In this document: positions 50,057 through 58,562 of the stretch, piece after piece
How the letters are laid out: the number at the start of each line of letters is the position of its first letter
Position numbering within the stretch: the first letter of the stretch is position 1
NCBI GenBank assembly: GCA_965215265.1
Contig: OZ244048.1
Span: forward strand, 2,688,001-2,752,000
DNA length: 64,000 nt
Reading direction: 5' to 3'
DNA from: Candidatus Poribacteria bacterium
GTDB taxonomy: Bacteria; Poribacteria; WGA-4E; WGA-3G
Position numbers and translations under genes: made by a program
The notes under the pieces: generated by a model
What the model saw: only the letters and a program-made list of their open reading frames with translations
What the model was told of the DNA's origin: nothing
The model's database searches: none

Positions 50057-51040
50057 ATGAACATAGAAACCCAAGTCCACCAATTCCGCGAAACCTTTTA
50101 TCGCGTCAAAACCGAAGTCCAAAAACGCATCGTCGGCCAAGACGAAATCATCGAAGGCATCCTAATATGTCTACTCGCCAACGGCCACGCCCTCTTGGAA
50201 GGCATCCCCGGCTTAGGTAAAACCCAGCTCATCCACACCCTCAGCGAAACCCTCAACCTCAGTTTCAAGCGCATCCAATTCACCCCGGATATGATGCCCT
50301 CCGACATCACCGGCACCACCCTTCTCATAGAAGATGAACACGGCAGCAAACAGTTCCAATTCCAGCAAGGCCCGATCTTCGCACAGCTCATCCTCGCAGA
50401 CGAAATTAACCGGGCAACCCCTAGAACCCAATCCGCACTCCTCGAGGCGATGCAGGAACGGACCGTTACCATCGGACGCGCAACCCACCAACTCCAAGAA
50501 CCGTTCTGTGTACTCGCGACACAAAACCCGCTGGAAATGGAAGGCACCTATCCACTCCCGGAAGCCCAACTGGATCGCTTCCTCTTCAAGCTGCTCGTCC
50601 AATTTCCTAGTGAAGACGAGCTCGTCCACATTTTGCGCCGCACCACATCCGTGCTCGAAACCACCGTCCAGAAAGTCACCGACGCACAAACCATCAACCA
50701 CATGCGCAGACTCGTCCGTCACGTCATCATCGCCGAGCATGTCGAACGCTACATCATCCAACTGGTCCGAATGACACACCCTGACTCCCAAAACGCGCCG
50801 GATATTGTCAAAAGCTACGTAGCGCTCGGTGCCGGCATTCGTAGCATCCAAGCGATCGCCTTAACCGCAAAAATCAAGGCACTCCTTGACGAACGATACA
50901 ACGTTGCCTTTGAGGATATCGAGGCAGTCCTACTCCCCGCGCTCCGCCACCGCATCCTCCTCAACTTTGAGGGAGAAGGCGAAGCCATTAATACAGACGA
51001 CATCGTCACACAAGTCCGTGATACCCTCAACGCGGATTAG
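50057..51040 (+). CDS. moxR: MoxR-family AAA+ ATPase
   Basis: LLEGIPGLGKT, RIQFTPD, DEINRA, ATQNPLE..GTYPLPEAQLDRF. Confidence 0.95.
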   Translation: MNIETQVHQFRETFYRVKTEVQKRIVGQDEIIEGILICLLANGHALLEGIPGLGKTQLIHTLSETLNLSFKRIQFTPDMMPSDITGTTLLIEDEHGSKQFQFQQGPIFAQLILADEINRATPRTQSALLEAMQERTVTIGRATHQLQEPFCVLATQNPLEMEGTYPLPEAQLDRFLFKLLVQFPSEDELVHILRRTTSVLETTVQKVTDAQTINHMRRLVRHVIIAEHVERYIIQLVRMTHPDSQNAPDIVKSYVALGAGIRSIQAIALTAKIKALLDERYNVAFEDIEAVLLPALRHRILLNFEGEGEAINTDDIVTQVRDTLNAD

Positions 51041-51127
51041 TTAATTTAGACCCTCTCTTGACAACTTCTACAAAACGTGTTATCATTTCCACAATTGATT
51101 ACCCAATAACCGTTTTTTGGAGTTTAC

Positions 51128-52231
51128 GTGAAAATTCGTGCTATTCATGTTTATCAAGTCGACCTTCCTCTCCACGAAGGCAGCTATAACTGGTCCGGCG
51201 GGAAATCCGTATCCGTTTTTGACAGCACCATCGTCTCCGTCCAAACGGATGATGGCATCATAGGCTACGGCGAAGTCTGTCCCTTAGGGCCTTTCTATCT
51301 ACCCGCCTACGCCGCAGGCGCACGCACCGGAATCGCTCAACTCGCACCGCACCTCATCGGTGAAGACCCCACACAACTCGCACCGCTCAATCAACGCATG
51401 GACACCGTCCTCAAAGGACACCCCTACGTCAAATCCGCTATTGACATCGCCTGTTGGGATATCCTCGGCAAACTCTCAAACCAATCTGTCTCTACACTGC
51501 TCGGCGGAAGACATGGAACCGATTTCATGCTCTACCGGGCCATCTCTCAACAATCGCCCAACGAAATGGCTGCCAAGGTGGCAACCTATCGGGCAGAAGG
51601 CTACCGCAAATTCCAATTGAAAGTCGGAAGTGACCCAAACACTGATATTCAACGCATCCGTGCCGTCGCAAAACGGATGCAATCCGGGGATGTTCTCATC
51701 GCCGATGCCAACACCGGCTGGTTGATGCACCAGGCAGCCCGCGTCGTCCGAAACCTCACTGAGATTGATGTCTACATCGAGCAGCCCTGCCGCTCCTATC
51801 AAGAATGTCTCGCCATTCGACAACGCACAAATCATCCTTTCATACTAGACGAAACTATTGACAGCATCCACGCATTGCTACGTGCTTATGCCGACCGGGC
51901 TATGGATGTCGTCAATATCAAAATCAGCAAATTCGGCGGACTCACCAAAGCAAAACTTGCACGAGACCTTTGCGTCGAACTCGGCATCGCAATGACCATT
52001 GAAGATAGCTGGGGCGGCGACATCACTACCGCCGCAATAGCACATCTCGCTCACAGCACGCCAACCGAAGCCCTTTTCTCCGCAACCGATTTCAATAGCT
52101 ACCTCACTGTCAAAACCGCTGAAGGTGCACCCCAACGCACCCACGGCAGAATGGCTGCCTCAACACTACCCGGACTCGGTATCACACCCTATGCTGATGT
52201 CTTGGGCGAACCCGTCCTTCATGTGGAGTAA
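51128..52231 (+). CDS. Enolase-superfamily enzyme, cis-3-hydroxy-L-proline dehydratase/HpbD-like
   Basis: DLPLHEGSYNWSGGKSV, GEVCPLGPFYLPAY, FQLKVG, DAN, EQP, DE, EDSWGGD; preceded by TTGACA-17-TATCAT. Confidence 0.85.
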   Translation: MKIRAIHVYQVDLPLHEGSYNWSGGKSVSVFDSTIVSVQTDDGIIGYGEVCPLGPFYLPAYAAGARTGIAQLAPHLIGEDPTQLAPLNQRMDTVLKGHPYVKSAIDIACWDILGKLSNQSVSTLLGGRHGTDFMLYRAISQQSPNEMAAKVATYRAEGYRKFQLKVGSDPNTDIQRIRAVAKRMQSGDVLIADANTGWLMHQAARVVRNLTEIDVYIEQPCRSYQECLAIRQRTNHPFILDETIDSIHALLRAYADRAMDVVNIKISKFGGLTKAKLARDLCVELGIAMTIEDSWGGDITTAAIAHLAHSTPTEALFSATDFNSYLTVKTAEGAPQRTHGRMAASTLPGLGITPYADVLGEPVLHVE

Positions 52232-52235
52232 ACCT

Positions 52236-53201
52236 ATGCACATCAGACTCCTCTCCGCTAACGATGTCCGAGCCGCACTACCGATGCACAAAGCAATCGA
52301 GGGCATGCGACATGCATACAGCCAACTCTCCGCAGGGAACGTAACCGCACCACCACGACAACATCTCTATACATACAAAGGCGTTACCCTCATAATGCCT
52401 GCCTACCTCCCTCAACGCAGCGAATTCGCAATCAAAGTCGTCTCCGTTTATGATGGGAATCCTCAACTTGACCTCCCACGAATCAACGCCACAGTTTTAG
52501 TCCTTGACCCAGCCACAGGTGCCCCCAAAGCCTTCATCGACGGAACCAGCCTCACTGCCATCCGAACTGGTGCCGGCGGCGGTGCCGCCGCTGATATACT
52601 CGCTACACGGAACGCTAAAAATATCGGACTCTTCGGAGCTGGGGTCCAAGCCAGAACCCAATTGCAAGCCGTCATCGCTGTCCGAGACATCACACACGTC
52701 AACCTCATCAGTCGCACACACGCATCCGCACAAAAACTCGCCGATGAGATAGCCCAATGGACAGACGCGCCTCAAGTCAACATCGTAAGCACACCCAAAC
52801 AGGTCGTCGAGGACGCTGACATCGTCATCTGTGCTACTACATCCGCACTCCCACTCTTTGACGGAAACCACCTACAACCCGGAACACACATCACTGCCAT
52901 CGGCACTTTCGTACCGGAAAAGCGCGAAGTCGATACCACCACAATAAGACGTGCACACCGCATCGTCGTCGATTCACGCAATGCATGCTTAGAAGAAGCC
53001 GGGGATATCATTATACCTAACGCGGAAATCGATGCTGAAATCGGAGAAATCCTCAACGGTCAAAAACCCGGACGGCAAAACGAGCAGGAAATCACCTTTT
53101 TTAAATCCGTCGGCATCGCCGTACAAGACGCTGTAGCAGCAGATATCGCACTCGCAGAAGCTGAAGCCAAAGGATTAGGCATCCTCGTCGAAATCGCCTG
53201 A
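52236..53201 (+). CDS. Ornithine cyclodeaminase/mu-crystallin family (possible Delta1-pyrroline-2-carboxylate reductase)
   Basis: LIMPAY, IKVVSV, LTAIRTGA, GAGVQA, FKSVGIAVQD. Confidence 0.9.
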   Translation: MHIRLLSANDVRAALPMHKAIEGMRHAYSQLSAGNVTAPPRQHLYTYKGVTLIMPAYLPQRSEFAIKVVSVYDGNPQLDLPRINATVLVLDPATGAPKAFIDGTSLTAIRTGAGGGAAADILATRNAKNIGLFGAGVQARTQLQAVIAVRDITHVNLISRTHASAQKLADEIAQWTDAPQVNIVSTPKQVVEDADIVICATTSALPLFDGNHLQPGTHITAIGTFVPEKREVDTTTIRRAHRIVVDSRNACLEEAGDIIIPNAEIDAEIGEILNGQKPGRQNEQEITFFKSVGIAVQDAVAADIALAEAEAKGLGILVEIA

Positions 53202-53347
53202 ATTAGAAATCTTAAAAACTGAGAAAAACCGCTTTTTTCATAATAAACTTGACATCCAGCACTGAAAATGTTAAACTCTATTTAAACGTAAACCTATGCC
53301 GCCGCAAGATAAATTCTAACGCTACATCACAAAACGAAGCGAAAACG

Positions 53348-54223
53348 ATGGACTTTAGTTTTATTACCACAGCTCTGATAGATATAGGCGTATTTAGCAT
53401 CGGCGGGATCAGCGTCAGCCTGATATGCCTCTGGCAACTCAGAAAACAAGTTGCAAAACACCAGGCATACAGAGACGAATCCGAGCAGCGATATAGCACC
53501 CTATCTGAACAGCACAACGTTCTGCTGCAGGAGTTTAGAACGTTTCAAAGTGCAACCGACCGCCGATACAACGCCCTGCAGGAAGAACATAATGCCTTGC
53601 AGGCCGCACACGTCACACTGATAGAGCAGCATAATACACTAGAGCACGAACATAACGCCCTTCAGGCGGCACACACTACCTTGCAACAGGAATTCAGCAC
53701 ACTTCAGGCGGCACACACTACCTTGCAGCAAGAATTCAGCACACTTCAGGCGGCACACACTACCTTGCAGCAGGAATTCAGCACACTTCAGGCGGCACAC
53801 ACTACCTTGCAGCAGGAATCCAACGCCCTTCAGGCGGCACACACTACCTTGCAACAGGAATTCAGCACACTTCAGGCGGCACACACTACCTTGCAGCAGG
53901 AATTCAGCGCACTTCAGGCGGCACACACTACCTTGCAACAGGAATTCAGCACACTTCAGGCGGCACACACTACCTTGCAGCAAGAATTCAGCGCACTTCA
54001 GGCGGCACACACTACCTTGCAGCAGGAACACGAGGAATTGAAACAGGAAAACGCAACACTTCGAACCGCGCTAAATGCTATTACACGAGAGCAAAAAGCA
54101 CTCCAGACAGCACACGATCGCTTGGCCGGACGACACGACGAACTCGTAGAAAGGGTTATGCCGGTCTTTGAAATATTGGCCCGCGAAAAACTAATGGAGA
54201 TAAACTCGCGCACTCAAAACTGA
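53348..54223 (+). CDS. Membrane-anchored coiled-coil protein with 14-aa tandem repeats
   Basis: N-terminal TM followed by (LQAAHTTLQQEFST)n; TTGACA-17-TAAACT promoter at 53249. Confidence 0.8.
   Translation: MDFSFITTALIDIGVFSIGGISVSLICLWQLRKQVAKHQAYRDESEQRYSTLSEQHNVLLQEFRTFQSATDRRYNALQEEHNALQAAHVTLIEQHNTLEHEHNALQAAHTTLQQEFSTLQAAHTTLQQEFSTLQAAHTTLQQEFSTLQAAHTTLQQESNALQAAHTTLQQEFSTLQAAHTTLQQEFSALQAAHTTLQQEFSTLQAAHTTLQQEFSALQAAHTTLQQEHEELKQENATLRTALNAITREQKALQTAHDRLAGRHDELVERVMPVFEILAREKLMEINSRTQN
53660..54028. repeat. 42-bp tandem repeat, about 9 copies
   Basis: cttcaggcggcacacactaccttgca(a/g)ca(g/a)gaattcagc(a/g)ca starting at 53660, 53702 ... 53996. Confidence 0.95.
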
Positions 54224-54512
54224 AGACACACGCACACCTATCACTTTTCTTTCACAACTTTTCAAAAAAAAACAGAAGCCAATTGGTATTTTGTTTGTTT
54301 TGACAGGGGGTTCGGGCGGTTACCTTTTCTTTTTTTGTCTGTTTTCGTACGGGTTGACGCAGCCAGAATCAGATAGAATCCAGCAAACATCTAAAAAAAG
54401 GTTGACTTCTTTTACAATCTGCGGTATGCTTCTTTATGAGCCAACTAGAAAACTTAAAAAACAAGCAGCTTGCACCCATGCAGGCAAACCAAAAATGACT
54501 GGAGCAAGTCAA

Positions 54513-56872
54513 ATGAAAAAGAGTCTAACGGTATTCGGTCTCTTAGGAATTCTTGTGACGAGTGTTTTTCTCCCGGTTGCGTCGGGTCAGTATCCTGCGG
54601 AGACACAGTTGGGTTTACCGGCGGGGGCGATTGCACGTCTGGGCAGAGGGCAGGTATTTGAGGTAGCGTATTCGCCGGATGGTTCTCAGCTTGCAGTAGC
54701 AAGTGGCATCGGTATTTGGCTGTATGATGCGGAGACGGGTGAGCCGCTCGACTTACTCACCGGGCATACGGGGGTTGTCATAAGCGTCGCGTTCAGCGTA
54801 GATGGGCGCACGCTCGCTACCGGGAGTTTGGACTCCACCATTCGGCTCTGGGATGTCAACACAGGCGAAAACCTCAAAACACTCACAGGGCATACGGGTT
54901 GGGTCATAAGCGTGGCGTTCAGTCCTGATGGCAGAACGCTCGTTACCGGGAGTTTGGACTCCACCATTCGGCTGTGGGATGTCAACACAGGCGATACAAT
55001 CCACACTTTCAGCGGGCATACGGCTGCCGTCAGGAGCGTAGCGTTTAGCCCCGATGGCGCACACATCGCTACCGGGAGTTTGGACTCCACCATTCGGCTC
55101 TGGGATGTCAACACAAGCGATACTCTCAAAACATTCACAAGGCATACGGATACTGTCTGGAGCGTGGTGTTCAGTCCTGATGGCAGAACGCTCGCAACTG
55201 GGAGTTGGGACAACACCATTCGTCTGTGGGATGTCAACACAGGCGAAAACCTCAAAACACTCACAAGGCATACGGGGGCTGTCTGGAGCGTGGCGTTCAG
55301 TCCTGATGGCAGAACGCTCGCAACTGGGAGTTTGGACTCCACCATTCGGCTCTGGGATGTCAACACAGGCGATACAATCCACACTTTCAGCGGGCATACG
55401 GCTGCCGTCAGGAGCGTAGCGTTTAGCCCCGATGGCGCACACATCGCTACCGGGAGTTTGGACTCCACCATTCGGCTCTGGGATGTCAACACAGGCGAAA
55501 ACCTCAAAACACTCACAGGGCATACGGATATTGTCTGGGGCATCGCGTTCAGCGTAGATGGGCGCACGCTCGCTAGTGGGAGTGATGACAGAACCATTCG
55601 GCTCTGGGATGTCAATACAGGCGAAAACCTCAAAACGCTTACTGCGCATACGGAGCCTGTCAATAGCGTCGCGTTCAGCGTAGATGGGCGCACGCTTGCT
55701 AGTGGGAGTAAGGACAAAACCATTCGGCTCTGGGATGTCAACACAGGCGAAAACCTCAAAACACTCACAGGGCATACGGATATTGTCTGGGGCATCGCGT
55801 TCAGCGTAGATGGGCGCACGCTTGCTAGTGGGAGTAAGGACAAAACCATTCGGCTCTGGGATGTCAACATAGGCGAAAACCTCAAAACACTCACAAGGCA
55901 TACGCATTGGGTTAATACCGTAGCGTTCAGCGGAGATGGTAGCACACTCGCTAGTGCGAGTTATGACAGAACCATTCGGCTCTGGGATGTCAACACAGGC
56001 GAAAACCTCAAAACACTCACAGGGCATACGGATATTGTCTGGGGCGTCGCGTTCAGCGTAGATGGGCGCACGCTCGCTAGTGGGAGTAGGGACAGAACCA
56101 TTCGGCTCTGGGATGTCAACACGGGCGATACTCTCAAAACACTCACAAGGCATACGCATTGGGTTAATACCGTAGCGTTCAGCGGAGATGGCAGAACGCT
56201 CGCTAGTGGGAGTTCGGACGGCACCGTGCTGCTCTGGGACCTCCGTCCTCCTACTGCCCCTGCTGCAGCGGAGGACATCAACGGCGATGGGTTGTGAACA
56301 TTCAAGACCTCGTTTTAGTCGCCGCAGCGTTCAGGGAGACAGGGGAGAACCGTGCAGATGTCAACGCCGATGAACTCGTCAATATCCTGGATCTCACGCT
56401 CGTGGCGGCAGCATTCGGGAAAGCACCGGCAGCACCGGCAGCAGGACAGCAGGGCCAGGTGCTGACGCGCGCACAAGTGCAGCAGTGGCTCACTGAAGCA
56501 CGGCAGCTGAATCTCACTGACGCGGGTATCCAGTGTGGACTTGTGGTCCTCGAGCAGCTCCTCGCCGCCCTTACCCCGCAAGAGAGTGCCCTTTTGCCAA
56601 ACTTCCCCAACCCGTTCAACCCCGAGACGTGGATACCTTATCAGTTGGGAAAACCGGCAGACGTGACGGTGCAGATCTATTCCGCCCACGGTACGCTCGT
56701 CCGGACACTGTCGCTTGGGTATCAGCAGGCAGGGTTTTACCGGACTCGGGCGCGTGCAGCGTATTGGGATGGGCGTAACGCCGTCGGGGAGCCGGTGGCG
56801 AGCGGTGTCTACTTCTACACGCTCACCGCAGGGGACTTCACCGCTACACGCAAGATGTTCATACGCAAGTAA
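54513..56872 (+). CDS. Secreted WD40-repeat protein with dockerin-like and FlgD/T9SS-like C-terminal domains, split by a -1 frameshift at about 56290
   Basis: Signal peptide MKKSLTVFGLLGILV; 12 near-identical WD40 units; EDINGDG|VNIQDLVLVA joins across frames; LLPNFPNPFNPETWIPYQL...ASGVYFY..TRKM. Confidence 0.85.
54755..56241. repeat. 126-bp WD40 tandem array, 12 units
   Basis: Recurrent accattcggctctgggatgtcaacacaggcga.. every 126 bp. Confidence 0.95.
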
Positions 56873-56959
56873 CTTTTCATTGATTAGAGCAGTCAGGCGG
56901 TTCTGGTGTGAACGTGGCGCGTGCCCATTTCGCCAGATCCGTTCTTTCGGTTTGTCTCT

Positions 56960-58081
56960 CTAAGTGTGCAGCGCTTGTATGAACGCTTCAAAACTGGGTG
57001 TCTCAACGGCGATGAGATGTAGCTGCTTGAGCCGCGCCAGGTCTGGTATGGCTTCAAGGTGCGGTTGAGTCGTCTGCACGTCGCTCTGCGGGAACCGTGC
57101 GGTGAGCACCGCGATGACGTTTTCTATCGCATTCCGGCGTGCGCCTTGTTCAATGCCTTGTTCAATGCCTTGTTCAATGCCTTGCTCAATGCCTTGTTTG
57201 AGTCCTTGTTGCACGAGGACTTCTGCCATGGTTTCTGCCATCTGTTTTACCTCCATCTTATCTTCTGCGAGTTGCTCCACTAATGCTACTAAGCCACTTT
57301 GTTCTGATAGCGGCCGACGATGCAAGATGAGTAGCAAGAAATAGACTATCGCCTCACGCCGCTGTTCGGCACCAACCGTATCAAACTCATCAAGGTGCGC
57401 TATCGCCGTGCGTAACGCATCCCGTATCTCCGCCTCGTCTGCTCTCTCTTTTTGCAGCACCGTCAAAAGCCACCCGAACGGATGATGCGTTTGAGTGAGC
57501 GTGGCGACATCGGTTTGCTTCACGCTCAGAAACAACGTCTCAAAAGCCGGAACGAACCGGGCGAGTTCAGCCGGGATGTCCATCAGCGCCTCAAGTGTCA
57601 GCGGGGTTTTCCACTGCTGCTCGCCGGTATAAAACACTATCGGCAGTATCGGAGGGAGCCGCCGCGCCGGTTTGGGCACCTTGTCGTGTTCCCATTGCCT
57701 GCGGTGTGCGTCCCAAATCAGCATCATATAAAACAGCACCCGAAACCCCATCGTCGTATCCACCGTCGATTGATGTTCGACGAGCAGATAGATGAGCAGC
57801 GCCTCCGTGGCTGTCTCGGTTCTAAAGGGGACGCGGAACACGCTATCCGCTTCCTGCTCCCGCAGCACTTCTGGCAGCAGGCTTCTCGGGAGTGGAACGA
57901 GTTGGCTAAAATCTATGCGTTCTGCGATGTCAGCGGCGACGATTTCTAGCACGCCCCGGACGTTTTCGCCGTTTTGTAGCAAGCGCCGCACACTCCTGTC
58001 GGCGAAGTGTTCAACGCGTCCATCAAGCAGCGCACGGATATGCTGCATCTGCGTGTCCACGGCTTTGGTTTCTTGCGTCAT
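56960..58081 (-). CDS. Rpn/YhgA-like (Transposase_31) PD-(D/E)XK nuclease
   Basis: EADSVFRV, IYLLVEHQS..MGFRVLFYM, LPPILPIVFYTG..W, (GIEQ)n tail. Confidence 0.9.
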   Translation of the reverse strand: MTQETKAVDTQMQHIRALLDGRVEHFADRSVRRLLQNGENVRGVLEIVAADIAERIDFSQLVPLPRSLLPEVLREQEADSVFRVPFRTETATEALLIYLLVEHQSTVDTTMGFRVLFYMMLIWDAHRRQWEHDKVPKPARRLPPILPIVFYTGEQQWKTPLTLEALMDIPAELARFVPAFETLFLSVKQTDVATLTQTHHPFGWLLTVLQKERADEAEIRDALRTAIAHLDEFDTVGAEQRREAIVYFLLLILHRRPLSEQSGLVALVEQLAEDKMEVKQMAETMAEVLVQQGLKQGIEQGIEQGIEQGIEQGARRNAIENVIAVLTARFPQSDVQTTQPHLEAIPDLARLKQLHLIAVETPSFEAFIQALHT

Positions 58082-58217
58082 TTCTCTCCTCTATGCCGGG
58101 TGCCTGCCATTCGGGCAGCCCGCCGGTGAAAAGCGGTGAAGACTTTACTCAAATTATACCACTTTTGGCAGTAAAGATGCCACCCTTTTTTTGGGGCGGA
58201 TTTCGTTTTTCGCTTCT

Positions 58218-58356
58218 GACACCGGAGAATCGCTTGAGCGGCTCACTGCGTATAAGTATAATGTCAATAGCGTAGCGTTCAGCACAGATGGCGCACACAC
58301 ACATCGCTACTGGGAGTCAGGACGGCACCGTGCTGCTCTGGGACCGCCGCCCCTAG
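58218..58356 (+). pseudogene. Orphan terminal WD40 unit, frameshifted
   Basis: DTGESLERLTAYKYNVNSVAFSTDGAH[+4 nt]IATGSQDGTVLLWDRRP*; 26 nt identical to 56216-56241. Confidence 0.8.
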
Positions 58357-58485
58357 CCCGATGCCCTCGACACCGCAGCCCGCTTTTTTGCGTTATAGTT
58401 TTACCCTTGCTTCCGGGCGTTAGCGGGGTGCGTCTTTCACAGATGCCAGGCGCTGCCACCTAACAACAGACAAAACAAAAAAACA

Positions 58486-58515
58486 TTGACACCTTCCCTT
58501 TATATGTGCTATAAT
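58486..58515 (+). promoter_or_regulatory. Sigma70 promoter of the second Rpn gene
   Basis: TTGACA-18nt-TATAAT with extended TG. Confidence 0.7.
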
Positions 58516-58562
58516 GATATAGAAAGACGACGCAACCAAAGGCGAGGCACCCTCACAACATC

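Noticed and set aside
53639-54031. Antisense Cys-rich repeat ORF (CRLKCAEFLLQGSV)n
   Set aside because: Reverse-frame shadow of the 42-bp repeat; no SD or independent support
56295-56297. Selenocysteine or stop-codon readthrough at the WD40 TGA
   Set aside because: The continuation is in a different frame, so it is a frameshift rather than readthrough
54686-56305. Long antisense ORFs (419, 468 and 114 aa)
   Set aside because: Shadows of the 126-bp WD40 repeat; a stop-free frame is propagated by the repetition
58218-58356. Diversity-generating retroelement template repeat for the WD40 gene
   Set aside because: No reverse transcriptase in the window, differences are not adenine-specific, and the copy has an indel
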